This document shows positions 29,290-43,000 of a stretch of 64,000 nucleotides of DNA, in pieces (position 1 is the first letter of the stretch; each line of letters starts with the position of its first letter). Source of the DNA: Octopus sinensis (lineage: Eukaryota); NCBI RefSeq assembly GCF_006345805.1, contig NC_043007.1:64294001-64358000 (forward strand), given 5' to 3'. The translations under genes were made by a program, and so were the position numbers. Under the pieces are notes generated by a model. It worked only from the letters and a program-made list of their open reading frames with translations. It was not told the DNA's origin and ran no database searches.

Positions 29290-30010
29290 CTTTTTTCTTT
29301 TTTGTCTCTTGCAATGGTGGATTCTTGTCACAATACACTATCACAGCATATGCTGATGGGATATCCAAATGATACACTGTAGTGTGCCCCAGGCTTCAGT
29401 TTTGTATCACATGCTCTCTCTTATACATCAACCACCTACCTGCTGTTGCCTTAACACCACTCACACTTATGCAGACTACCCTTCATTCCTCCTTAACCTC
29501 ATATTCCCAAAAGTATCCACATGCAACCTAGACACCTCACACGAAACCTGCTCTGATTATATGAACAGAGATATCAAAAAAACCCTTCCAAGGGATGTCA
29601 TACCAATCATGCCTCCTTCAGTCACTGCACATAAGAACCCCCCTCTCACACACACACACACATGTAGCATGCAACTAGATGCCTTAATGCTAAGCTTCAC
29701 TGGTGATGTCTCTTGGTGCGCGCACACACCCTTAAAACTAAAATATTTTGCCTCGAAGACTAGCCTTTCTCTTCAGAATTAGAATCTCCTTCAACCGCAA
29801 CCCCAGGAGCAACAACAATTACTGCTAATGCTTTGCAATGCTCAGATGAAACCCAAACAGGAGTACTTGATCTGGAATGGTGATGTTGACATGCACTCCT
29901 CCCACATGCATACACACACCTACCTACCTACCTGCCTGCTTTTGACCACATCCAGGGAAAAGCCTATCTTGGCCGATGTTAACAATCTAATGCTGTCTCC
30001 TCTCTGCCTT
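29290..30010 (+). mobile_element. Decayed Jockey/CR1-group LINE RT fragment
   Basis: SVPQASVL (GVPQGSVL), HTYADY (YADD) and AQMKPKQEYLIWNG (AQxRPxLEYxxxIW). Confidence 0.7.
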
Positions 30011-30044
30011 TTCTACTGATTCTAAATTACTTATGTGCTTTGGA

Positions 30045-30300
30045 TTTGGAGTTCTTATACCACCAGGTGTGGATACAGTACTCCATTGTGGGTCTCACCT
30101 GAGCTTTGTAGAAGATAAATAGTTGTTGGGAAGGTGAAGTGTTTTCTGGCTCTAAATTGGAAGGCCAGTCTTTGTGATGCAGTTAAGGCTGTATTTGCTA
30201 ATGGAGTTCCTCTTCACTACCTCATGTTGGACTGGGGGTACCTACTTTGTAAAACCCATTTGCATTTCATATCCATGCCACTATAGTCACCTGTCTGGGA
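30045..30300 (-). mobile_element. Second LINE RT C-terminal fragment, opposite orientation
   Basis: The minus strand reads FRARKHF..., then YKAQVRPTMEYCIH. Confidence 0.7.
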
Positions 30301-31858
30301 TAGATAATGCCAGCTTTCATACTTACCTGCAGATGAATTTCAGAGTTATCTTCAGAAGTAATTTCATCTAAGTACAATGAGTAGCAAAATCACGAGTACA
30401 AAAATGGAAAAAGGTTAGCTCCTGACAAGCTGAGAACCAATCTGTGGTTTAACTTTCTAGTTGCAGCCATCTATTGTATTTTTCATGCAAATTCATTGTT
30501 TTTCTTGTTCTCACTCATATTTTAGTCAAGAGAATCCATTACTCTGATCGTTTTAGTTTACTAATGTTACATTTTTGTATGCTACAAGTTTTACTATGCA
30601 CTTTCATATTAATTTAAATATGCTTGCTGTAAATCAGTTGTTCATCATTATTGGCTATTATTTAAGGTTTTTTCTTTTTTATTAAATGACTATTTTTGAA
30701 ACTTTTACATGTTTTTGTTGCCTTCCATAACATTTTTGAGATAATTTCTTTTTTTGGTGTACAAAATATCATTTGTTAAAAATGTTCAGTATTTTTGCCC
30801 ATTTAGAATAGCTTTCTTGTGAATAGATTTGTTTGATTTGAAATAACATAAAAATTATATCTTAAAAATAAAATTTTTAAGATATATGTTTTTGAGGCCA
30901 GAAATAATCTTATTTGGACTTGCAACTTTAACCTTCCTTATTACATATTAATAGCATTTTACAATATTTTCATTTAGGTAAGACATCACTTAGACACTCA
31001 CAACTGCAGGAAAAAGAAAAAAAATAGAATAATTATAATTTATTACCAACTCAAACCAGTCAATAGGCTTGCAGCTTGGTACCTGGAGAGGCAAGTCCAT
31101 GCTGGTGGACAGTTGTGTGGCACTAGACCATCACACCAGTTAAACTGCTCTAGATATAGCTCAATTTCAATCACTAACTGGGCTGTAACTAAGATGAGGC
31201 AATGAGCAGGTCTTCAGTCTTACTCAGAAATGAGCTGAGGGGAAACTGTCCCTGAGAAGTTGGGTATATCTGACAAACACATTGTCTCCATTATTGGTCA
31301 CTGCCTGACTATAGTGCCTTGTCCCAGTTAACACCTGATTGGATTGTGGTAACTAGTACTAGCACCCTCTGCATGGCAGGCTAAGTATGCTGTGGCTGCT
31401 AATGCACAGGCATACTCAAGTTGTCCCAGCTGCAGAAATGTATAGATAGTGAGTGTATGTAGTCGCCATTCATGAGAATCATCTTTCTGTGATTCATCTC
31501 TTTCATGGAGCTACAATCGTGGGTCAGACAAAGACCAAGATTTTGAATGTTGTCAGGTGCTCACTGCATTTTATCAGCCAAACAATAACAGTGAAAGTTC
31601 CATGCTTGCATTCTATAGAAGACTAGTAACAAACCCAAACATTTGTATACTACCAGGCATTACTGAGTTGTATTGAGCAGGATTTTTTTTTAAATATTTC
31701 ATTTGATTTTTTCTTTTCTCATTCAGTTTTTGAGTAAATCCCTACACTCTATATAACATATCTTTGTGATCTCCCCTTTATCTGATGCCCGTATGGCCAA
31801 TAAAGAAAAGTCATTATCATTTATAATAATAATAATAATAATGAATTTTAAATTGCAG

Positions 31859-32037
31859 ATTAGTGCAAGTCCTGTTAGAATGTCGGTACCAAAAAAACCA
31901 AGTGGACCTTCTACAACACCAAAGAACAATGTTGTAAGTGGTTCTTCTCTAACACGAAGAAGTACTTTTGGACCTGGAGATAATAAGACAAGTATAGAAA
32001 AAAATAACAGAACAACTAATGGTCAAGACTACCGGAG
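31859..32037 (+). CDS. par-1: MARK/PAR-1 kinase spacer exon
   Basis: Bounded by ttgcag| and AG|gtaaga, 179 nt, phase 0 to 2. ISASPVRMSVPKKPSGPSTTPKNNVVSGSSLTRRSTFGPGDNKTSIEKNNRTTNGQDYR; LTRRSTF...NG corresponds to MARK MTRRNTY...NG. It is the tail of ORF 31766..32041. Confidence 0.9.
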
Positions 32038-32719
32038 GTAAGACATTTGAATTCTTTTGATATTGCTTTTGTTGGTTTTGTTATGGGTAAGTAGAAGAAA
32101 AGTATAATTTTCATCTTATTAGAATTTATGTAAACTAAACTTTTAATTTGTCTTCTGTTTTAGCTCAGTGGTGTTTGATTTATGCAAAAGCTTATAAATT
32201 TCCTTGTATATAATAAACTTGCTAGTATGTTTACTAATATTTTCAGATTTTCTAAATTACCTTAATTATTATTATTATTGTATTGAAATACAAACATATG
32301 TATGTGGGGTTTTTTAAAACAGGAAGTCTATACCTTAGAACCAGAAGTGATCTCAGGTGGGATGGTATCAAAAGGTTAAATTAACTACTGAAATAGTTCT
32401 AAGATAGTAACTATACTATCAGTGATTGATAGTATTTGAAACAATTATTTGGTTAAAAATTAAGTAAAACTGTAATTTTTAATTATTACAAAGCTTAATT
32501 AATTAGCAGTGTTAACTTCCAGATTGAACTCATCAAGTTGTGAATTTGTGGTGCTCCAGAAAATTTAACCTTAAGCTCCATTAAGAGTTTGATTTACCAG
32601 TTTACCCAACTGTCCTTGTTATTTAATATGGTGCAAATCACACTAAAACTTCCATTAGTTTAAATTAATTCATTTCAGAAATGCAAATAGATAGATAGAT
32701 AGGTAATAATATTAATAAA

Positions 32720-33430
32720 TTACTTGCTTCAACATAATAAACGGGAAAATTAGTGAATTGAGAAACTTAGAAAATTCAGGAGCCTATTAACAGCATTCAG
32801 AAGTTACCACCCCAAAGCAGACACAAACAGAATATATCTACCCAACTCGGAAGGAGGTTGCAGCTTGACACAGGCAGAGAACTACTATAGCAGTTGGACG
32901 AGAAAAATACTTAGAAACAAAAAGTGGATGACTACTTCCTGTAATAAAGCAACACAGAAAAAAAGAAAATGGTTTTCTCTATACACAAGGAGGTGTCTCT
33001 GGCTGCCCAGTCCTAGCCAAATCTGAATATATACACAGGCATAACTAAGTAAGTAGTTATATCCACTGGGGAATATGCCAACACCACAAAAAAAAAAAAA
33101 ACTGACAAAGAACTCAAAGCTAATCAAGGATTGAAAAAACATACCTGCTTACTGATAGACATTGCTGTCTCTTCTAACCAAAATATTGTCCAAAAAGAAG
33201 TGGAGAAATTGTCATAGCACAAAGACCTCAAAACTGAAGTTTTCAAAATTTGGAGCATGGCGGTGAAAAAATACCAGTCATAAATGGAACCTTAGGGTGT
33301 GATAAAAAACATATGAATGAAAACACTACAGTTGGATATCCAACAGAACAACACGACTCTCATTACACACACAACACAATACAAACCTTAATATAACAGA
33401 AGACTGCAGCTAAACAAAAAAACAACCAAC
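32720..33430 (+). mobile_element. Decayed R4/Dong-like non-LTR element fragment
   Basis: IYLPNSEGGCSL (LYxxRxxGGRGL), KDLKTEVFKIW..IPVINGTLG and IQKTA, typical of the RLE-bearing C-terminus. Confidence 0.62.
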
Positions 33431-33586
33431 CAATGCTGCACATACCTCAACAATGCAGAAGTATAGCAAGTGATACAGTAGAAATTTGCCTGAAACTATA
33501 AAATGTTGAATAATAATAACAATAAACATATGCCCTGATGCGGTACCAGACTGTGGCTCTCATGGCTTTTGATGTTAACTGATTGG

Positions 33587-33654
<68 letters not shown>

Positions 33655-33655
<1 letters not shown>

Positions 33656-34125
33656 GTCTTGGTGTAAAAGATGGTCTACGGCAAATATTCTGCTCAATAC
33701 CACAGATTTGCTTGTCACTTGCTTGACTCTAACCAGTTGAGCATGTCCCTTAGTGGCTGACAATATGTGCAGCTCTGATTATGAGCAGTGGAGGAGCATC
33801 AGTCATATGTTGGGAGGGATTCTTTGGGGTTTTAATAATTCAGCACTGGAAAAATGGGTGTTTCATTTATCATCCTTAAACAACCCTTATTCAGAGACCT
33901 TTTGAGCAGAATGGGATTCTCAACTTGAAGAAAATTCTAACTGGGTCCCACCTGCTAGGCTGTGCACTATTTATCTTGATAAATGAGATCACCATGTCAT
34001 GCACATATTGTTGCAGTCCATGTTCCTGGTGTGCCCTTATCAGATGGGTAGTTATTTTCAGTACATTGGGCTTCATATATTTGTAACCTGGTGTCATTTT
34101 GATGACATGCATTGTTCTTTCACTC
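33655..34125. mobile_element. Interspersed repeat, non-coding end of a retroelement (family unassigned)
   Basis: GC-richer block bounded by (TA)n and (AAT/AAC)n tails between the two R4-like fragments. Confidence 0.5.
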
Positions 34126-34159
34126 AATAACAACAACAATAATAATAATGATGATAATG

Positions 34160-34620
34160 ATACCAGAAGAGTTAAAAAGCTATTTAGGTCTAAGCTAAGT
34201 GAAGGGAACCTGATTAGAGGCATCAATGCATGGGCTGAAGGTGTGATATGTTACTATGCAGGAATTGTGAAATGGATCGAAAAGCTAGGAAAGTAATGGC
34301 TATACATGGATACCTTTATACTAGAAGTAACATATCAGAGCTTTACTTAGGAAGGAAGGTGCAAGAGGACTGGTTGGAATAGCGGATACTGTTGTGAAGG
34401 TGATTAAGTCCTTGCATTCCTATCTCAGAAATAGTGATGGAAAAAATGTTGCTGGGTGCACTTAATGACAATGATAAGTACAATATGAGGACTAATAGAG
34501 AAAAGATCATTAACTGAAAAGAGAAAGTCTTGCACAAGAGTTTTTCCAACAAACAGCAAAGGAAGCTGATGAAGAATCCTGGGTATGATTAAGATATTGT
34601 ATTTTTTTAAAGGAATAGGC
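34160..34620 (+). mobile_element. Decayed R4/Dong-like RT C-terminal fragment
   Basis: RRVKKLFRSKLSEGNLIRGINAWAEGVICYYAGIVKW followed by LYLGRK..ARGL. Confidence 0.75.
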
Positions 34621-37220
34621 AGAAAAATCAAACAGCATTTCAACTCGGTGTGAGTGTATGTGTGTGCGTGTACAAGGGAAGTATGGGAATGTATGTGAAC
34701 ATTGACAAGTGTATTAATTTGATTTACCATCCATCAACTAGTAATAATGATAATGTACTGATATCTTATGGCCTAGTAAATTGCATTACACTGTTTCTAC
34801 TTGGTGTATTTGGATACTATGAAGTCTTTCCAAATTTATTATACAATCTAGCATTGTATCATTTTCACTGCATGGCACTAACACAAATCACTAAAATTTG
34901 GTTCCAGAAATTTTTTAAATATTGAATATTTTAATGTCAGTAGCACATAATTGCATTCTAATGGCTTGATTATTTGGAACAATTGTCTAAAATGTAATTA
35001 AAACTTTTTTTTTTTAATTATTACAATGCATAATTAATGGAAAATAGAGAATGCTATGAGGGTAGAATTTTATTCAATTTTCCTAACATAGTATGCATTT
35101 TTCAGAAAATTATTTTGAAATCATTTAAAAATGATAACAATTTTGTTGCATTTGCCATTCAAGATTAGCTGCTTCTGCTATTCAAGCTAATTGTTTGTTC
35201 CAGAAATAATTCTCATGTACAAAATTTGAACTGATTATTTTTTTTTTTTCAGTGAAATGGATATATATTTTAATTTCTATCATTATTTTACAGTAATACA
35301 AAGCACATTATTTAGTAACATTTTCTCTAATACATTATTATATAACTAGTATGCTGAGTTTCCAGCATATTGTCTATTCATGTTATGAAATTTAATACAT
35401 CTGGTTGATGAAAGAGGAAAATCTAAATGTGCATCAAGTCTATAAATTTGCTTTAGCTTAGGATGATGAAGCTGCTTCTACTTTGGTTGGAAACTTATTT
35501 CAAGAATCTGTAACTCTAAACACAAGAAAATGGTATACAAACTTTTGAATATAGTTTTCAGTTGGAATTTTGTTTTTAAATATTTTCCATTTATACACTG
35601 ACTAATAGTCATAATTAGGAAAATATTTACTTTCATTTAAAATGAAAATTTTCAATTTGATATGCATGTAAACTTTGTAGACCAAACTTTTTCTTCTACT
35701 CCCTAATTATACATCAACTAACTAAACTATTATCCAACAAGTTACTAACTCATACTCATCTAGTGTTATGTGGTGGCTATTTAAACTTTCATGAAGATGG
35801 GGACTTTATGAAAATGTTAAAAAGAAAACTCATGTGCAATGCTTACTTTAACCAAAAAAGTAAAACCTTAAATTGCTTTCCTTTTTAATATTCTGAATTT
35901 TTATCACTCACATCAGAGGTTGATGGAGGAAATTTGTCCTGTCAAATGAATTTAATAGATTTGTTCAGATGTCCTAATTATTGATTTCTATTTGGAAAAA
36001 ATACTTTTTAAAGGACTGGTTTTTATTTTGTTTTTTGTTTACCTGAAATGCTGTTGAATTCTATTGAGTAAATTGGTAATTATTTTTGTTTGTCATATTC
36101 CAGTTTTGACTCACAGCAAATTCTTGTAACAAATCACTTTTACTTATTTTCACTTCTGGTAATTACATTAATTTCGGCCCTGCACAAACCATTTAAAGTC
36201 TGCTGGATATCTTTACATCGAGTCAATATTTACAAAAACACAAACTCTAAGCTTTCTCTAAATAACATATTTTATTAACATTAATTTTTACTCACATAAA
36301 CTACTTGTAAAAATCAAGTGATTTACATATTTTCTAGATTACTTCTACTTTGTTTATACAAAATTAGATATACTCATAAGTTTATTTATTAGATTCTCTT
36401 ATGTTCTGTACTGAACACTGAAAAAAACATGGTTTTCAAGTAGTTTAGTTTTTAATTTCTACCCAGCAAATTGAACTAATATTAATGGTATATAAACTTC
36501 TTTAATAGCTCTGAGGCAATCAGAAAGAATATGTTACTTGATCCAAAAATAGGTGACATTTCTTTCCATTGAAGATTATTTGGTCTTTCTTTGACTGCTT
36601 CCAGTTCATCTTGGAATTGTTTTGCCTCTTATATTTCCCACAAGCCTATAAAAAGTTTAACTTTTTGTAAATAAAAAAGGAACCAGATGAGTTCTTTTAG
36701 TCAAGATAATTGTCTTCTACAAATGATGTTAGATGAAATATTGTTTGTTTGATTTTCCGTTGGGCCAAAATCACTCTGTTCATATAATTCTACACAAGCT
36801 CAGCATATCAAAAGTTCAAATGCTTCTCTTAGAGTTTCTTCTGATTCCATTAAGGAACACAACACATGTATTTCAAAAATAGGAATATTAGAATAATCAA
36901 ACTGGAGAAACATCAAAAAATAGTTTTACTGCTAATTACTTAACACGTTATCATTATATCAACACTTTTCTATCACATTGTTATTATTATACTGTCTGAT
37001 GGCTCTGGTTTTGCTGCAAAGATTCTGTGGTTTTAAACTTTTTGTTTATGCAAGAAATTCTACAAATACAGAAGATCAAATATATTATGCTACTCATCAA
37101 TGCAACAGCTATTCAGATTTACCATATGGATTGATTGGCCTTCATCAGTGTCTCTGCCTCATTTCCTATTAGTAACTCTGCCTGTTGTAATGAACCTGAG
37201 AATCTGCTTTTCTCTTCCAG

Positions 37221-37370
37221 CCATATACCAAATTCTACTTCCAATCCATCTTCAGAGCCCCCATCAGCAAGGCCTAAGGGCCATGTAAAGTCAGCCAGCA
37301 CATGTCAACCATCACGAGTCCCAGATTTGCCACCTATTAGTTCAGACACATCTGATACCTATAGGCCAAC
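37221..37370 (+). CDS. par-1: MARK/PAR-1 spacer exon, symmetric and probably a cassette
   Basis: Bounded by tctcttccag| and |gtaagt, 150 nt, phase 2 to 2. (S)HIPNSTSNPSSEPPSARPKGHVKSASTCQPSRVPDLPPISSDTSDTYRPT resembles MARK1/2 ARP..HQKSMS....LPP......RP. Confidence 0.88.
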
Positions 37371-37636
37371 GTAAGTACAGATTGGTGCTACAACTGCTAG
37401 AAAAATTAGTTCCTTGCCATGGCCGATTTGAATTTTGATGGTTCTTTGGATTTTTGAAATATGTTGCCTTTGTATTTCCACCACCTCCTACATCGGATGA
37501 ATATTCCCTCCTCCCTAAATATTCTGTCAATTGTCTGCTTTTTATCTAACACTCTGCACCATCTTGCATGATTCTTTGTTGAGGACATTTCCAATCCTTT
37601 ACATCATTTTCATTATTTCTCTCTCTTTATAATTAC

Positions 37637-37669
<33 letters not shown>

Positions 37670-39792
37670 CTACCACATTTTTCATCAAATTGAAAATTTT
37701 GTGATGCAGTTAACTTAACAATTCCCATCCCCGTTTATCATTTAAACAGAAAAAAATAAAGGGAAATAAGTCTTAAATAAGCATTTTTGTCCTCAAAAGT
37801 TGATATCCATTTTTGCTCTTTCTTACAGGACTGTGTAAATAATTATAGAACTACTCTAGATTTAATTTATATGGACCTATGTTGTGTCTATTGAGGTGTA
37901 AAATTTTGCTTCTAGTGATGTAAAATTCTGTTCAGTTACTGTGAACTCAACTGAAGTATGTTTTTTGTATTATTATAGTTCAATTGATAATTATTTTTCT
38001 TAGACAATTTCCAAGTTCTCATATAAGTTTCTATTCATATACTTTAAATTATGTTCTTTAAATAAAGCAGTATTAAACAGGTTCCTCTTACTTTTGAAAT
38101 TGTAAGATAGTGATCTGATTATGATTCAAGGAATAAGTGTTGATATGGAAATAATATTAACAGCAACAACAGTAATAATTATTATTGCTTTTTATCTAAT
38201 TTTTACTGTTAAATAAAATTAATTCAACTAAAAATAATTTTCTAATGATTAGTTTATTTCCTTATTACTGAACAGATTATGTTTCCAAGTATCTTGCATA
38301 TATTTGTTGGTGTGTGTCTGTATGAGCTTTGGAATTGCACAAAATTTTGACTGAGTTTTTATTATTTATTTTTTCTAAAATTTATTTACAGATTTTTAAA
38401 ATGTTGATGCTGATTTGTTATCTCATGATTGTGTATTTAAGTTTTTCAGTCCCTTTTTTTGTTACTAATACTTTGAATTTTATGCCCCAAATCCCCATTT
38501 TTTTATGCATTTTCTTGGATTATTATTTTGTAGATTAGAAACATTTTTTCAATATTGTTAATCATCACTAAAGCTTTAAAAAAAGTTTGATGTATTGGGT
38601 ACCCACCTACTTCATAAATTACAGTAAATCCACACTGTCAAGTTAGAAATTCGTTCTTTAGAGCAAAAAAATATATATACCAAAATATCTTTGGAAGAAT
38701 TCAGTCCCACTTCCACCTCTTATATAATTCTAAATTGATCAGAGTGCAATATTAGTCTTTTTGACTCCTATTGCTTTTTTCCTTACAAAAATTTCAGATT
38801 TTGTGTCGTAGGAAATTACAATTATCAGTATGATAAAGATGAAGTATCAGAAAGCTTAGTCTTCATGTTATGTACAATCTCTCACACAGTAATAGATTCA
38901 AATTTTAATGTTAACTTTCATTTTTATTCTGTAAAGTTGATAAAAATAAGTATCAAGTAATAAATTTGATTTCTTAAAAAAAAAAAAAAAAACTCTATTG
39001 TTGACATGTTCTAAACTACAGCAGAGAGATTTTTTGGTGTTTTATATAAGTTTACTTTATTTCCCATTGCAGCTACTTAATTATACTGATGTCTTTAGGA
39101 AAATCAATGTTTGAATTTCACAAATCACTCACTATACCAAGTTTTATCCCTCTCTAAAATATTAGCAGCAACAACTTTATTACTGTTTTACAACTCCCAC
39201 TGCTACAAACTGCATGGGTTACATCATACCTTTTCAATAGAGATTATTACTTAAGAAATTTTAAAAATTGTATCTGATTCAGGTCATAAATTTTAACCTG
39301 ATCTTGCCTGTGCTGCATGTAAAAGTATGCAATATATAGCTTAATCATTTAAATCATCACATCTTGAATACATTTACTGTAGTCCACTCTGTTACAAGCA
39401 TATGGGCTAGGTATCTGGTTTGGGGATAACTTCTTCACACCAGCCACAAGTCGCCTTGAAAGGGGCTGCAGGTACTACCTTTCCTATTTTGACTAAAGCA
39501 TTAGGGGAAGGCATTATTTTTGGAGTTTTGTTTGTTTTTTAAATCTATATTTAAGTAGCCTTGAAAGGAACTGCAGGTACTACCTTTCCCTACTTTGGCC
39601 AAGGCATTGGGTTTTTTTTTGGGGGGGGGGGGTAAATCTACCTTTTTAAAAAATACCAATATGAAAACATTGCAAATCATCTTTATCTATTATTATTATT
39701 ATTATTATTATTTGTTTGTTAGTGTGAATTACTGAGTCTATAAATAAAAAAAATAATATTTGTTTTATCTCACAATCTTATTTCATTTTCAG

Positions 39793-40020
39793 ACCGGCTC
39801 AAGGGAAAACTTCAATTCCCTTATCACCTGCTGCAAACAAGCCTTTATTCCGAGGCACAGCAGGCCGAAATACATTCCACGGAGGCCACATTAGGGACCG
39901 ACGGCAGTTCAACCAATATAACGGCCCTGGTGTTCCTGGGCATACTCAGGATACCACAACAGCCGGACAAGTAGCTCGAGTGTCTTTCCTGAACAAACTA
40001 ACTTCAAAATTTAGTCGAAG
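39793..40020 (+). CDS. par-1: MARK/PAR-1 exon with aPKC site and membrane-targeting helix motif
   Basis: Bounded by ttttcag| and AG|gtaagt, 228 nt, phase 2 to 2. PAQGKTSIPLSPAANKPLFRGTAGRNTFHGGHIRDRRQFNQYNGPGVPGHTQDTTTAGQVARVSFLNKLTSKFSR matches MARK RG..SRSTFH...R.RR...YNGP...FSKLTSK. Confidence 0.96.
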
Positions 40021-43000
40021 GTAAGTGGCTAAGGGAGTTACTGCCTATTTACTGACACTACATCTGTGAAGGGAGAAATATTGCTGTATCTGACTCATGG
40101 CCTTCAACCAGCTCCCAGAGTGAAGCTTTTTTTTTACATTCCCCATCTCCCATTTCTTAGATTGGTTACTCACTGTGTTGTGACTGATTATTATTTTATA
40201 TTTGTCACTATGTGACTAACTTTTAGTCTCTTCCCATAGACGGATTTTTAGAGTCTAATACTATGTTGATCTTTTAGTCAGCACTGTTCAACAAAGGCTT
40301 TGTAACAAGAACAATAAAGTATTTTTAAAAAAATATATATTATTCTATCGTAGTTTATCTTTTTCTTTGAGTAGATTTAGACATAAAATTCTAAAGAAAA
40401 ACCTTTTTTGTTTTTCTTTTTCTTTTTTTGTCTTCTTCTGAACGGTAAACATCAGCCTATATTATGGCAACTTGAATTGGTTTGTAAAGTATTTCTGCAA
40501 ATGAAGTTCTTTACATATCAAATAATGTTTTAAATTATTTTATTGCTGGCCTGGGATTATTAATTTATTTACTCTTCAAATTTGTAAAAACCTTACACTT
40601 CACATTTAATTTTAGACACGTGTTTCTGAAAGGGTTGTTTTCTCCACTTCTTGATTTATTAGTTTAGAGTTTGGGATTTATGGAAATAAATGAGCTGTCT
40701 GATGATAAATGAATTGGATTCTTGGATGAGGCACTTTACTCTATCAGTCCCAGACTGTTTAGATACCTTCAAGAAGAGTTGAAATGAGATAAAACAAAAT
40801 CTTTCTCTCTCTTCCATCCTCTTTTTCTTATGCAGCATACACACAAATTAATGATATACAATGGTTATATTGTAAGATATTTTGTTGTGGTTTCATTCAT
40901 CCCCATAGACATTGCATTATGTGAACAAATAGCTTCAAATTTTTGTCTGAGAAGCTAAAAGATGTACCCTATCTTATTTGCAGTAAGAAATGAACCAAAA
41001 TGTTTGTTGAATCCAAGATTTAAAATATTGTTTGTTTCATGGCACTTTGGGAATGTGTAGCAAGGTACACGCATCCATCCATCCATACATACAGAAAGAC
41101 ACAAACACACCTCTCTCTCATTTATTTCTACATGTATAGTTGTCAGTCTTTCAATGATTAGGATTCACTTGTTTGATTAACCTTCTTCAGAATTACTTTG
41201 TCAATGACTGAGCATTCTTCTACAGATTCATTTGTCTTGAATGTAATTCTCAGGTGGAATCAGTGTGATACAGTGTGTGTGACAAAACTGTACCTTTTGA
41301 ATCACATGTGCAATCTATCTGATGTACACAGTTTCAGTCACCCAATTTTACTTACAAGATATGAGTTATCTCAGTAAATGACACACAATGGGATAGAGCC
41401 CAAGACCTCATGAGTGCAAAGAAACCTTAACAGCTCTGCCATAATATACTTTACGTATTTTATGTATACATATAACAATTTACACACACACACGTTGTAT
41501 GGAAACATCTTTTTCTCCTTCTCATATGCATATGTATTTGCATCTTATTGTTTGTTTGCTTCTATGTCTGTATTTTGTTGTGTGTTTTGTGTTTGTTTCA
41601 TTTCTGTAAGGCTTATTGAAGGCTTATTTTACCCTTTTCTCTGGTTCAAATGAAAATTCAGTTATTGTGATTTGTGTATTTGTAATGTGATTTCCTGTTC
41701 TTAGGACTACAGTATTCTACAAGTTTTAAGAGTCCTTGTATTCTAATATATTTATATATTGTTATATTTGATCTAATCTTACAAATATAAACTTGGGGAT
41801 TTTTTTTTTTTTGATAAATATTTATCAGCAATGGTGATGCACAATAACTGAGGCAATGGTGTTACAATGCTCTGTCTTAGGTTCAAACATTATGTTTGTT
41901 TTCCTAGTAAAGGCACATAGCTTTGCTTGTTTCAGCTTGCCTTATTGACAAACTGGTTCTATTTCTATTTCATTACTGCATATTTCACTCTAAAATCAAA
42001 TGATTGAACTAAAATTTCCCTCAGTCTTACATGAATGAGACAACTGAAAATTGTCTTTGAAAGGTAAAAGATAAGCATTTTTTTGTGTTAGAAATGAAAT
42101 CTATCCTTCATCAGCGATCTGTGTTTATTTTTACTGTGAAAATAATCTGTACATATGCATGTGTATGTGGGTGTAGACTTGTTTCAAACTTGCAATATAA
42201 AATTTAGATCACCTCCATTAGAGGATAGCTTATCTCCCCTTACAATTTTTTTTCTCTTTTTTTTATTTGCTTCGACGTTCAATACTCTCCCCACTTTAAA
42301 AAAAAAGTTATGTGCAGACTAAATTCTCTGTACATGGGAAGAACTTGTAAATGAATAGTTTTAGCATAATTTACATATTGCTTAATTTATTTATAACCAC
42401 CCACACATGCAGTCACACCAACCTTAACAGCATTTTCAGTTTTAGATGACAAAATTAAAACTCCAAAATTTATTATTCAATTGTAGTCTCTGTATATGTC
42501 TTATTTTAGAATAAGAAGTAATAATAATGAAATAATTTTTTTAAAATATTACAATACTTTGCAAAATATTATGAAATGAATTTATTTCAATGATGCAATT
42601 ACATTAAAATCTTTTGATGAGAGTGTAATAAATTTACTGTTAAAAACGTTTTTGTATAGTACTTAATCCACATAATTTACACACACACACACACCACTGT
42701 TTTGGATTTATGTACCAAATATTACTTGAGAGATGAGATGAGTTTAGTAAATTTAGATAGATATGCTTTTGGAGCTTGAGGTTTTACTGTTAAATGCAGT
42801 TGACTACTTTATTAGTGGAATATGAGTGTAATATGTTGACACCTAAGTTGACTGAAGTTATGTATATATGCAGTGATGGCAGTAACTGGACAAGATGTTC
42901 AGACCCTGATTATCCTTATCCTCAATGCCACAGTGGGTGCAACTTTAGAGCTTGGAAAATTTTGGGTGATGTGAATAGACTTTAATGGGTAATTTATAAG

